Virus record (IMG/VR): IMGVR_UViG_3300025120_014716
DNA length: 64,000 nt
Source: an uncultured virus (IMG/VR IMGVR_UViG_3300025120_014716)
Lineage: Duplodnaviria; Heunggongvirae; Uroviricota; Caudoviricetes
Reading direction: 5' to 3' (one strand)
Made by a program: the position numbers and the translations under genes
Shown: piece after piece, positions 51,634 through 60,027 of the stretch
How positions within the stretch are numbered: position 1 is the first letter of the stretch
How the letters are laid out: each line of letters opens with the position of its first letter
The notes under the pieces: generated by a model
Databases searched by the model: none
Told to the model about the DNA's origin: nothing
What the model saw: only the letters and a program-made list of their open reading frames with translations

Positions 51634-51664
51634 TTTGGTGGTTAAACAAATTTGTTTATCTTTG
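51634..51664 (+). promoter_or_regulatory. Bacteroidota primary-sigma promoter
   Basis: TTTG (-33), 19 nt, TATCTTTG (-7). Confidence 0.75.
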
Positions 51665-51711
51665 TAGAGGTGATGGGGGTGAGAGGTGAGTGAGTTCTTT
51701 GAGAAATTATC

Positions 51712-51853
51712 TGGTTAGTGATGGTGGGTTGTTGATTGTCGGAGGTCTGTAGAGGAGTAATTGCCTTTCCTTGTAGTTGCAAATGCAAGAGAACTAAAAA
51801 ACAATTTTCAATTTGCTTGGTTTTCACAAGAGGGTTCGATTCCCTCATAACCA
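51712..51853 (+). ncRNA. Expanded tRNA-like RNA (not a canonical tRNA)
   Basis: T-arm GAGGG-TTCGATT-CCCTC; TGGTTA/TAACCA acceptor-like stem; ~110-nt multi-arm interior. Confidence 0.6.
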
Positions 51854-51894
51854 ACTATTTTATATTATTATTAACAATTTAAAATTTAATTATT

Positions 51895-52281
51895 ATGTCA
51901 TTTATTTTTGTAAAAAGTCAACAGCAGCAAATTTTTGAAAAACTTCAGTTGATAGTTGATTTGGGACTGGACAAAATTGTTAAGGTTCCTAAAAAATTCC
52001 AGGATTTTAAATTTGAGATCAAAATGGTTACTGGAGGTATTCAAATCAGTTTTAGATTTGATCATGTTTACTTTCACTACAAACACTTTATTGGTGATGA
52101 CTTCTTTCTTTTTGAGGAAAGCTACAGCCAGGCAAGTGGTAGACAGTGCAAGAGTTACAGAGAGGGTCAAAAAGGTTTGGCAAAGGCAGAGGCATTTATT
52201 GAAGAGGTTGCTAAAAAGATTCAAAAGTCTGAAAGGTCTGAGAGTTTCCAAATTCAAAAAGCCATTGAAGAGTTGGTGTAA
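51895..52281 (+). CDS. Hypothetical protein
   Basis: ORF with AT-rich leader downstream of the promoter. Confidence 0.6.
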   Translation: MSFIFVKSQQQQIFEKLQLIVDLGLDKIVKVPKKFQDFKFEIKMVTGGIQISFRFDHVYFHYKHFIGDDFFLFEESYSQASGRQCKSYREGQKGLAKAEAFIEEVAKKIQKSERSESFQIQKAIEELV

Positions 52282-52304
52282 AAAAATTGTTTAAATTTAT
52301 TCAC

Positions 52305-52333
52305 TAAACTTTAAAGTTTATTTATTACATTTA
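52305..52333 (+). promoter_or_regulatory. Perfect 16-bp palindrome plus -7-like box
   Basis: TAAACTTTAAAGTTTA, 5 nt, TACATTTA. Confidence 0.6.
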
Positions 52334-52358
52334 CAAAACAGATTGAAAAAAGATAGTT

Positions 52359-52673
52359 ATGAAAGCAAAAGTTTTAATTTACCCAGATGTTCAAGAAAAA
52401 GGAAGGTTGGTTGTAAAGGTTGAAGAGAAAAAGCCAGAGTTGCCTTCTATGGGTTATGGTTTGATAAAGCATGATCCTCTTCAGATTGCAATTGATGTCT
52501 CCAGGTTACCAGAGCAGGATGATCCTGGTGCAAAATTCACTGCATACACTTTGAAAAGCAGTGGTAAAAGAGTCAACATTGGAGGTGATGTTGAGGTTAT
52601 TTATTCCTGTGGAGGTTCTGCAGTTTTAGATGGTGGTTACTTCCCATCAGTCCAAGAGTTAAAATTATCCTAA
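52359..52673 (+). CDS. Hypothetical protein
   Basis: Clean ORF after promoter-like element. Confidence 0.6.
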   Translation: MKAKVLIYPDVQEKGRLVVKVEEKKPELPSMGYGLIKHDPLQIAIDVSRLPEQDDPGAKFTAYTLKSSGKRVNIGGDVEVIYSCGGSAVLDGGYFPSVQELKLS

Positions 52674-52742
52674 AAATTACAAATAAAAATGCACTGTACA
52701 TTTTGTATGGTGCATTTAACTATAATTAATAAATACATAAAG

Positions 52743-53273
52743 ATGGTAAGTCCAAATAAAACAAAAGATCCATATGCAGTTGAGAATTTATTCTGCAAAC
52801 CAATGGACAAAATTAAAAAAGTTAAGTTAACAAGTGATCAACGTAGTTTAGTAGTCAGTTTATTAATGGCAAAGGTTACCAAAGACTCCACAGTTGATCG
52901 TATATCAAAGGCTGCAGAATCTTCAGGCATTTGGTACTATCCAGTGTTCAGGGGTAGAATTGAGGCAATGGGTTACCAGGTTGATAGGGAGACAGAGGCA
53001 ATGGTAAATATTGGACTTACAAAAAGTGTAGGTGATGCAGTAATGTATGCCAATTACCTGGCATATAAAGCAAAAAAATGTGGTGTGTCAAAAATTGGAC
53101 TTGTAAAGGAGTTATGTGAGTGGTTTCAGGATGGGTTCCCAAAACACTCTGAGTTAGATAAGGTGTGGTCATTTCAAAAAGTACATACAGATATACCAGG
53201 AACCTCAGACAATTTACTGGATTATCCAGAGGCATCAAAAAGTATTTATTGTAAAAAAGAAAAGCAGTCATAA
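52743..53273 (+). CDS. Hypothetical protein (ATG at 52743 preferred to 52689)
   Basis: ORF coupled to sbcC; A-rich leader before 52743. Confidence 0.6.
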   Translation: MVSPNKTKDPYAVENLFCKPMDKIKKVKLTSDQRSLVVSLLMAKVTKDSTVDRISKAAESSGIWYYPVFRGRIEAMGYQVDRETEAMVNIGLTKSVGDAVMYANYLAYKAKKCGVSKIGLVKELCEWFQDGFPKHSELDKVWSFQKVHTDIPGTSDNLLDYPEASKSIYCKKEKQS

Positions 53274-53274
53274 T

Positions 53275-55236
53275 ATGTGGAAGTTAAAAGAGTTAAGATT
53301 GACCAATTTCATGAGTCACAAAGATTCAGTTTTAAATATGCCATCAAATGATGCCCATATGATTATTGGGATAAATAATGATGATGATGGTCAGGAAAGC
53401 AATGGATCAGGAAAGTCAGTTTGTAATGAGGCAGTGGCACTTGCTCTTACAGGATCTGCATTAAGAAAGGTTAAAGATTGTGATCTCATTCATTATGGAG
53501 AGGATGAGGCTCAGGTTACTCAAACACTTGAAAATAAGTCACAGGATAAAACCATGGCTATCACCAGGACTCTTTTTGCTAAAAAAAGCAAGTCAAGTAC
53601 TCTTTATGTAGAGGTGAATGGAGTTGAGGTAACTACATTTCCAACTGTAAAGGATGGTAATTTATGGATCCTGGATCAAATTGGAGTATCCAGAGAAGAC
53701 TTATTGAATTATTACCTGGTAAGTGAAAAGTCATCATCATTTTTCACTGCATCAGATACTATTAAAAAGCAAATTGTTGCCAGGTTTAGTAACACTGACA
53801 TATTAATACCTATAAAAGAAAAAGTTGTAAATGATACCAAGTCCCTGGTCCAGGTAAGGGAGGCATTGGATTTACAGTTGGTAAAGTTACAGGAAAGGTG
53901 TGATGTCTACAGGGAGCAGTTGACCAATGCCTCAAATCAAGATGCTGAGAGAATTAAGCAGGGAAGGATTGACATGATCCAAAGATCTATTGATGACTAT
54001 GCCAAAAAAGTAAAAGAAAATGAGGATAGTATAATTGCCCATGAAAAGCAGATGCCCATTCATAACCAGGAGATGGACCTACTAAAAAAGGAATTGTCCC
54101 AGGTCCCAGAACCTGCAGATCATAGTGCAGACATTAAAGAAATTGAAGATGTTTTGAGCCAGGCACAAAATGAGGCAGAGGTGTCTATACTGGCAATAAA
54201 AGAGGCAAGGTCTAATCTGAGAGATGTTGAAGGGTTTAAGTCAGATGCAGAGGCAAAAATAAAGTCATCCATCCAATGTCCAAAGTGTGATCATAGTTTT
54301 ATACTCAGAGACAAAAACTTTAATATTCATGAGACAAGGGAGTCTTTATTTGAAATGGACTCACTTATTAATTCATTTGAAAATGAGATCCAGGACCATG
54401 ATACTAAAAGAGTTGAGTCAGAGGGACTGGTTGATGAGGCAAGGTCCAGTATAAAAGGTTTAAGATCAGATATGCAGCAGCATGAGGTTGCCAGGAATAA
54501 AGTAAACAGAAAAATAAGGCAGTTACAATTTACCATTGATGACATAAATGATCAAATAAAAAGATGTACTTCAATTATCCTGGAGTCTAAAAATAAAAGC
54601 CTGGAAGGTTTTGACAGCATAGATAGAGTAAGGTCTGAAAAGATTGAGGATCCTCAAATTGAGATAAACAAATCAATTAAAGTAGTTGAGGTCCAGATCC
54701 AGGATAAGGTGGATGAGATTGACATAGCCAAAAATAACATTGTTAAGGCTAATGAATTTCAGGCTATATTTACAAAGTTTATGACTCACCTATCAAATAA
54801 AGCAATAAAGTCAATTGAGTCCAGGGTAAATAGTTACCTGGAGTCTATGGGTAGTAATTTAATGGTACAATTTGAAGGGTATAAGGTTTTATCAACTGGT
54901 AAGATCAAAGAAAATATATCAATTGTTGTATTAAGAAATGGTATGCCAGAGTCATTTTTTGACAGTTACTCAAAAGGTGAGAGAGGTAGAATTAATGTAG
55001 CAGGTATCCTGGCATTAAATGATCTTTTAAACTCAAGTTCAAGTCCAGGATGTGGTTTAGATTTCGTTTGTCTTGATGAGGCTATGGATGGAATTGATAG
55101 CCTGGGAGTAGGATCTGTTATGAATGCCTTAAATACTTTGGGACAGCCAATTTTAGCAGTATCACACATAGAACCAAAGGAGCCATATAGAAACACAATT
55201 TATTGTACAAAAGACAAAGGGGTATCAACTATTTAA
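53275..55236 (+). CDS. sbcC: SbcC/Rad50/gp46-like SMC ATPase
   Basis: NFMSH, SNGSGKS, coiled coil with CPKC hook, YSKGE signature, CLDEAMDGID, VSH. Confidence 0.92.
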   Translation: MWKLKELRLTNFMSHKDSVLNMPSNDAHMIIGINNDDDGQESNGSGKSVCNEAVALALTGSALRKVKDCDLIHYGEDEAQVTQTLENKSQDKTMAITRTLFAKKSKSSTLYVEVNGVEVTTFPTVKDGNLWILDQIGVSREDLLNYYLVSEKSSSFFTASDTIKKQIVARFSNTDILIPIKEKVVNDTKSLVQVREALDLQLVKLQERCDVYREQLTNASNQDAERIKQGRIDMIQRSIDDYAKKVKENEDSIIAHEKQMPIHNQEMDLLKKELSQVPEPADHSADIKEIEDVLSQAQNEAEVSILAIKEARSNLRDVEGFKSDAEAKIKSSIQCPKCDHSFILRDKNFNIHETRESLFEMDSLINSFENEIQDHDTKRVESEGLVDEARSSIKGLRSDMQQHEVARNKVNRKIRQLQFTIDDINDQIKRCTSIILESKNKSLEGFDSIDRVRSEKIEDPQIEINKSIKVVEVQIQDKVDEIDIAKNNIVKANEFQAIFTKFMTHLSNKAIKSIESRVNSYLESMGSNLMVQFEGYKVLSTGKIKENISIVVLRNGMPESFFDSYSKGERGRINVAGILALNDLLNSSSSPGCGLDFVCLDEAMDGIDSLGVGSVMNALNTLGQPILAVSHIEPKEPYRNTIYCTKDKGVSTI

Positions 55237-55245
55237 AATAAAAAC

Positions 55246-55398
55246 ATGATAGATACAAAAGAAGGTTGGACCGATTTTAAAAAAGTTTACAAAAAAGCAG
55301 TTGAAGATAAAAAGGTGGTGTTCCTGTACCACAATCAGGAAATATTAACAAATTTTGCTAAATATTTAATAGAGCATCATGATCAAAAAGAAAAGTAA
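55246..55398 (+). CDS. Small hypothetical protein (50 aa; not in ORF track)
   Basis: MIDTKEGW...FAKYLIEHHDQKEK; A-rich leader; fills the intergenic gap. Confidence 0.55.
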   Translation: MIDTKEGWTDFKKVYKKAVEDKKVVFLYHNQEILTNFAKYLIEHHDQKEK

Positions 55399-55485
55399 AT
55401 GGGGTTTATGATATTAATATTTTGTTCCTGGGTTATATTAGAATTAGCCTGGAACTTTTCAAAAGATAAAAAAGATAAAAAATAA
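55399..55485 (+). CDS. Possible 28-aa membrane peptide
   Basis: TAA-ATG coupling; hydrophobic segment then basic tail. Confidence 0.35.
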   Translation: MGFMILIFCSWVILELAWNFSKDKKDKK

Positions 55486-55488
55486 ATT

Positions 55489-55869
55489 ATGAATAATAGT
55501 AAATTTATGGAGGAATTTCCTCCTTTGACAAGGAAAGAAGTACATGCTCTTTTAAAAAATAAGGAAGAGTATAACCAATTAGAGGCTATTCCAGGATGGG
55601 TTCATAAAGAGGGTATTTTATGTAAGTCAGATGCTGAGATGTCCTTATACTTTGCAGAAAATGAACTTTCAGAGGTTGAGACTTTTTGTGAGGTTGATAA
55701 GAAAATCGAAAGGCTAAGGCACATATTAAGTTTGCCATTTCAATCAAAAATTGAAGTTGAGATATTGACTGATGAGTTAATTGAGCCAGGAATAAAAATG
55801 TTAGCACTGGTTAAAAGAATAGAAGTTTTAAAAGAAATACTTTCAGCATGTCAGAAAAGCAATACATAG
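55489..55869 (+). CDS. Hypothetical protein
   Basis: Clean ORF. Confidence 0.6.
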   Translation: MNNSKFMEEFPPLTRKEVHALLKNKEEYNQLEAIPGWVHKEGILCKSDAEMSLYFAENELSEVETFCEVDKKIERLRHILSLPFQSKIEVEILTDELIEPGIKMLALVKRIEVLKEILSACQKSNT

Positions 55870-56450
55870 GTATTGATCCTGGTAAGTCAGGTCACCTGGT
55901 AATAATACAAGGGAGAGAAGTTATCAAATACCCATTTCCTAAAATAGGAAAAGAGTATGACTACAGGGGTATGTTGGATTTGTTCCTGAAACTTGAAGAG
56001 AACAACTGTCACATTGTTATTGAAGATGTCAAGGCTCTCCAGGGAAACATGAAGGCAGGTAACTGGTCCTTAAGTGAGGGTAAAACAATACTTATTATGT
56101 GTTGTGTTGCATTAGGCTTGAGACATACCCTGGTACACTCAAAGACATGGCAAAAAGAGGTTTGGCAAGGTGTCCCTCTCCAGAAAAAAGCAGATGGTAA
56201 GGGTAAGGATGGTAAGATCAAATATAAAACAGATACAAAGGCAATGACATTGATTGCAGTTAAAAGGTTATTTCCAGGTGTGGACCTGAGAGTGGACCAG
56301 GAGGCTAAATATTATGCAGACTCAGCAACCAACAGAAAAAAAGGAATAGCAGGCACTGAAATTCCAAGAAAAGGAAATAAACCAGATGATGGAGTTTGTG
56401 ATGCACTGGCAATGGCATATTATTGTAAACTAAAATTTGGAAAGTCATGA
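55848..56450 (+). CDS. ruvC: RuvC-like Holliday junction resolvase
   Basis: YIGIDPGKSG, VIEDV, WQK, DDGVCDALAMA. Confidence 0.85.
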   Translation: MSEKQYIGIDPGKSGHLVIIQGREVIKYPFPKIGKEYDYRGMLDLFLKLEENNCHIVIEDVKALQGNMKAGNWSLSEGKTILIMCCVALGLRHTLVHSKTWQKEVWQGVPLQKKADGKGKDGKIKYKTDTKAMTLIAVKRLFPGVDLRVDQEAKYYADSATNRKKGIAGTEIPRKGNKPDDGVCDALAMAYYCKLKFGKS

Positions 56451-56713
56451 GTAATGTAAGTAGATTGAATTTAAAAAATGTTATTGATAAACCATTTTTG
56501 AAAAAAAGACTGAGGCAAATAATGATCAACTCAGGTAGGCATCAGATGTTGGAGTCCCTGGACAACAAATCAATTGCCAGGGTTATGTATTTCCTTAAAG
56601 GATACCTAAAATGTATTGAGTACCATGGAATACAACCAATTAATACAAGTGAACTGCAGGATCTCCTGGTAAGGGAGGCATATGATTTCATTGAGGAATA
56701 TACAACACATTAA
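56447..56713 (+). CDS. Hypothetical protein
   Basis: ATGA overlap with ruvC. Confidence 0.55.
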   Translation: MSNVSRLNLKNVIDKPFLKKRLRQIMINSGRHQMLESLDNKSIARVMYFLKGYLKCIEYHGIQPINTSELQDLLVREAYDFIEEYTTH

Positions 56714-56717
56714 AAAC

Positions 56718-56747
56718 AAAAGGGAACCTTAAACAGTTCCCTTTTTT
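56718..56747. terminator. Bidirectional terminator between convergent genes
   Basis: AAAAGGGAAC-8nt-GTTCCCTTTT with A and T tracts on either side. Confidence 0.8.
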
Positions 56748-56761
56748 ATTTGTGTATTCTA

Positions 56762-57256
56762 TTACTTTCCAAGGTTTGCATCCTTAAACTCCTTTAATTT
56801 AGCATCCTTTATTTCTTTTACTTCATGAGATTTAGTGTTGGCTCTTGCAGCAAAGTGATTTTTTATTCTCTCTCTGCCATCAGCAGTCCCTGTGTTAAAC
56901 TTTCCAATGGTATTTGTACCAAAACCTCTATCTCTTTTTATAGGGACCAGGAGAGCCTTATTTTCTAAATTTATAAGAGGTTTTTTCCATTTGTCCAGGT
57001 AAATAGTTTCAGATCCTTCAAATTTTGTAGAATACTGAGATACAAAAAATTCCTTTCCAGTCTCAGGACATTTGAAGTTATTAGAAGATGTTTTTTTGTC
57101 ATCCACATCCTCTGTTTTATAAAAAGCAGCACCACATGCAACACAACATTTTTCTTGGTGGAACCTGGTAGGAGGCTTACAGGTTAAAAACTTTGAGGTT
57201 ATAACCTTATATTCACTACATAGGTCATTCATACACACACTTTGATTCTTTTCCAT
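56762..57256 (-). CDS. Cys-rich (Zn-ribbon-like) hypothetical protein
   Basis: CMNDLC...CCVAC...CPETG; ends at the bidirectional terminator; no competing + ORF. Confidence 0.65.
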   Translation of the reverse strand: MEKNQSVCMNDLCSEYKVITSKFLTCKPPTRFHQEKCCVACGAAFYKTEDVDDKKTSSNNFKCPETGKEFFVSQYSTKFEGSETIYLDKWKKPLINLENKALLVPIKRDRGFGTNTIGKFNTGTADGRERIKNHFAARANTKSHEVKEIKDAKLKEFKDANLGK

Positions 57257-57298
57257 AGTTTTATTAGTTATTTTAATTTGTGTTAAAATGAGGTGATC

Positions 57299-57565
57299 TT
57301 ATGAACTTGTGTACCATTTCCAGGCAAAGCTAATTGATAGTTTTATATTCATTATTTCAAGTTTATCAATTTGACCTTTTACTACTCCTGCCTGGTATCC
57401 AATGTTAAGGTTGTTTTTTAAAACCTCAGTAATGTTTTTACCATTTAAGGTATGAAATTGTAAGTTTCTGTCTCCTGGTATAAACTCAAATGTAATGTAA
57501 TACTGATCATCTATAAGCAATATGCTATAGCCTTCATCATTTAATAATTTAATAATTCCCTCCAT
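57299..57565 (-). CDS. Hypothetical protein
   Basis: Co-oriented with the previous gene; no competing + ORF. Confidence 0.55.
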   Translation of the reverse strand: MEGIIKLLNDEGYSILLIDDQYYITFEFIPGDRNLQFHTLNGKNITEVLKNNLNIGYQAGVVKGQIDKLEIMNIKLSISFAWKWYTSS

Positions 57566-57731
57566 ACAAATGTATTTTATATTTAAGTGGTAAATATACT
57601 AATTTACTACTTACATTTGCAGTAAATAGGTCTATTCTTGATTTGTACTCCTATGTATTCAGGATCTATATATACATTATAATTAAATAAACATATGTAT
57701 CTATATAATTATAATTTTATGACTATTTAAT

Positions 57732-57762
57732 TTTGTAGGTTTAAATTTAAGAGTTAGATTTG
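57732..57762 (+). promoter_or_regulatory. Bacteroidota primary-sigma promoter
   Basis: TTTG, 19 nt, TAGATTTG; related boxes TACATTTG at 57612 and 57840. Confidence 0.7.
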
Positions 57763-57767
57763 CAACC

Positions 57768-57904
57768 GAAGACAAAGTTTTGAGTACAAATCATTTTAGC
57801 AAAAAATAAGAAATTAAAATACAAAGAACCAGGATCAAATACATTTGCAAAACTGTACTATTAGGTTATCACAAATACTTTGTCTTCTACCCTGGTTCTT
57901 TTTT
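57768..57904 (+). ncRNA. Structured 5' leader (long hairpin with pseudoknot or alternative pairing)
   Basis: GAAGACAAAGT/ACTTTGTCTTC, AGTACA/TGTACT, TTTT(A)GCAAA/TTTGCAAAA nested; loop AAAGAACCAGG complementary to downstream CCTGGTTCTTT. Confidence 0.65.
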
Positions 57905-57922
57905 AAATTGTAGTAGAAGGCA

Positions 57923-58786
57923 GTGATTAAAGTAGCAGAGAACACTTATAAATTGGCAAATAGTAACGGAATACTTAAAGAGTATTTGACATATTGCCAG
58001 TTGAAGTCCTACAGTAATAGTGGATGCATTAATAAAAGAGATGTAAGTTCTGCAGCAAAATTCATTAAAAAGGGTGTTTCTACTCTTAGAGATCATTTGA
58101 CAGTATTGGTAAACCAGGGACTTGTTAGAAGAGGCAAGCATCACTATAGCCTGGTTTCATATGATACAGCCTGGAGCATGCTTGGTCAGGATCTTTCTCC
58201 AAATAAAAACGGTAAGAGAAATGGTAACTTTGCCATATTTAAGTTACCATTAAAATACTTAAAAGAAAATATTGAATTTAATGAAATAGAATTGGAAGTA
58301 AAGAGGTCTGCAGTTAAGGCAAAAAGTTTTATACTGTGCAATTACAAGTCACTTTCCGACATAGAAATAAAAAGGATCAAGTCATGCTCATTAACCGATC
58401 TAAGGTCCATCCTGGATGATCTATATGTGGAGCAAATGTCAGTTGAGAAAGGAGTTAAAAATTGCATTGATAATAAAATTAAAGCCAGGTACAGTAGGGC
58501 AAAAGATAAAGAATTTAAGTACACAAAAATAACTCCATTTCCAACTTGTAGAAGGATAGCCTTAATTTTGGGTTATTCCAACTCAGTAAGGACTGGGAGT
58601 TTAATAAGAGAAAGGATTCAAAAGGCAGGGTTTGCCAAGTGGATCTCCAGGAGGGTGAATTTTTGTAAAACTGTAAGTTTTGAGGGTACAAAGACAGTCA
58701 GGGAGTTAGCCTGTAAGTATGGACCTGTAAAGGATAACGGTGCATTTGGTACGGTTGAATTAATATCTAAATTTACAGTAAAATGA
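57923..58786 (+). CDS. Basic protein with two putative winged-helix domains (Rep-initiator-like or regulator; GTG start)
   Basis: AAKFIKKGVSTLRDHLTVLVNQGLV and TCRRIALILGY....GSLIRERIQKAGFA. Confidence 0.55.
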   Translation: MIKVAENTYKLANSNGILKEYLTYCQLKSYSNSGCINKRDVSSAAKFIKKGVSTLRDHLTVLVNQGLVRRGKHHYSLVSYDTAWSMLGQDLSPNKNGKRNGNFAIFKLPLKYLKENIEFNEIELEVKRSAVKAKSFILCNYKSLSDIEIKRIKSCSLTDLRSILDDLYVEQMSVEKGVKNCIDNKIKARYSRAKDKEFKYTKITPFPTCRRIALILGYSNSVRTGSLIRERIQKAGFAKWISRRVNFCKTVSFEGTKTVRELACKYGPVKDNGAFGTVELISKFTVK

Positions 58787-59229
58787 ATACTGTTTACGTT
58801 TACACAGATGGATCTTGTAACTATAAGGATAAAAAAGGTGGCATTGGAATACACATGAGGTACCAGGATCATGAAAAAAACATTTCAAAGGGTTACAGTA
58901 ATACCACTACAGGTAGAATGGAGTTAAGAGCAGTCCTTACAGCACTTAAAACAATAAATAACAAGTCAGTTAAGGTTGAGGTACATTCAGACTCACAGTA
59001 TGTTGTTAATACAGTCAATACCTGGATGTATTCCTGGGAGAAAGAAAATTATTCAGGTAAGAAAAATGTTGACCTTGTAAAGGCTATTATGGCTGAGGTT
59101 AAAAAATTCTCACCTGGTAGTGTTATTCTCACCTGGGTAAAGGGTCACAGTGGGGTCCCTGGTAATGAATTAGCAGACTTATTGGCAAATGAAGGTAGAC
59201 TATCAGAAAATTTAGAATTATGTCAGTAG
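58783..59229 (+). CDS. rnhA: Ribonuclease HI
   Basis: YTDGSC, TT.RMELRA, SDSQY, KNVDL, WVKGHSG..GNELAD.LA. Confidence 0.95.
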   Translation: MNTVYVYTDGSCNYKDKKGGIGIHMRYQDHEKNISKGYSNTTTGRMELRAVLTALKTINNKSVKVEVHSDSQYVVNTVNTWMYSWEKENYSGKKNVDLVKAIMAEVKKFSPGSVILTWVKGHSGVPGNELADLLANEGRLSENLELCQ

Positions 59230-59459
59230 TACCAGGTAACACAGTCTTGATAATTACAAAAATAAATGGAGAGGTTGAGTATGGGGTTTATAAAAATGAA
59301 ATGTTTTTTATATTTCAGAAAATAATAAGCAAACCATGCAATTGTGTAACAGGTCACAACTGTTTAGAGTTACCAGGTGATCAATTAAAAAATTGGTCCC
59401 TTCCAGGTAATAGTTATTCTGAAAGTCTTAACTATATTTATTCAGAATACTTAATTTAA
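59220..59459 (+). CDS. Hypothetical protein
   Basis: Coupled ORF. Confidence 0.45.
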   Translation: MSVVPGNTVLIITKINGEVEYGVYKNEMFFIFQKIISKPCNCVTGHNCLELPGDQLKNWSLPGNSYSESLNYIYSEYLI

Positions 59460-59464
59460 TAAAA

Positions 59465-59809
59465 ATGATAACAAATTTACTATTGGGTGACATTGGTTTC
59501 ACAGAGTCTGAAAAAATATGTAAAAACTTATTTACAAAAAGTCTTGAGTATGAAAGTTGGCAGTTAATATACTTTCAAGGTTGGATTTTTTTAAATAAGG
59601 GTTTGGATTTGGACTATATGGCTTATGCATATCCAGATGAAGATGTATGGATGGACTCCTTGGAAAAAATGCAAAAAATTCCTACTTCTAATTTGACAGA
59701 GGATGACTTCATTAAAATAATGAACAAAATAACTCAAACCTTTGTTGATCTTGAGATGTCAATAGATTTGATTTTTGCATCAAATACTAACCTTGGTAAT
59801 TACAACTAA
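59465..59809 (+). CDS. Hypothetical protein
   Basis: Clean ORF. Confidence 0.55.
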   Translation: MITNLLLGDIGFTESEKICKNLFTKSLEYESWQLIYFQGWIFLNKGLDLDYMAYAYPDEDVWMDSLEKMQKIPTSNLTEDDFIKIMNKITQTFVDLEMSIDLIFASNTNLGNYN

Positions 59810-59823
59810 ACTAAAATAATCCA

Positions 59824-60027
59824 ATGTATGAAAATATAGTAAATGCAAAAGTATCCTCTGAAATTAAAGATACTTACTTTGGCATAAGATACTCTGCCTG
59901 CATCCTGGTAGGGAGGTTAAATAAACAACAGGAAATGGAAGGAGAGGTGGACAAAAGTGATGTTGCAATCCTGGACATATATAATTTAATTCTTACTGAC
60001 TTTAAATATCAAATTTTAAAAAAATGA
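59824..60027 (+). CDS. Hypothetical protein
   Basis: Clean ORF. Confidence 0.5.
   Translation: MYENIVNAKVSSEIKDTYFGIRYSACILVGRLNKQQEMEGEVDKSDVAILDIYNLILTDFKYQILKK

Noticed and set aside
51675..51853. Canonical tmRNA starting at GGGGGTG, or a canonical tRNA
   Set aside because: The 3' end does not pair with GGGGGTG, there is no G3-U70 pair, no terminated tag ORF, and no standard D or anticodon arm
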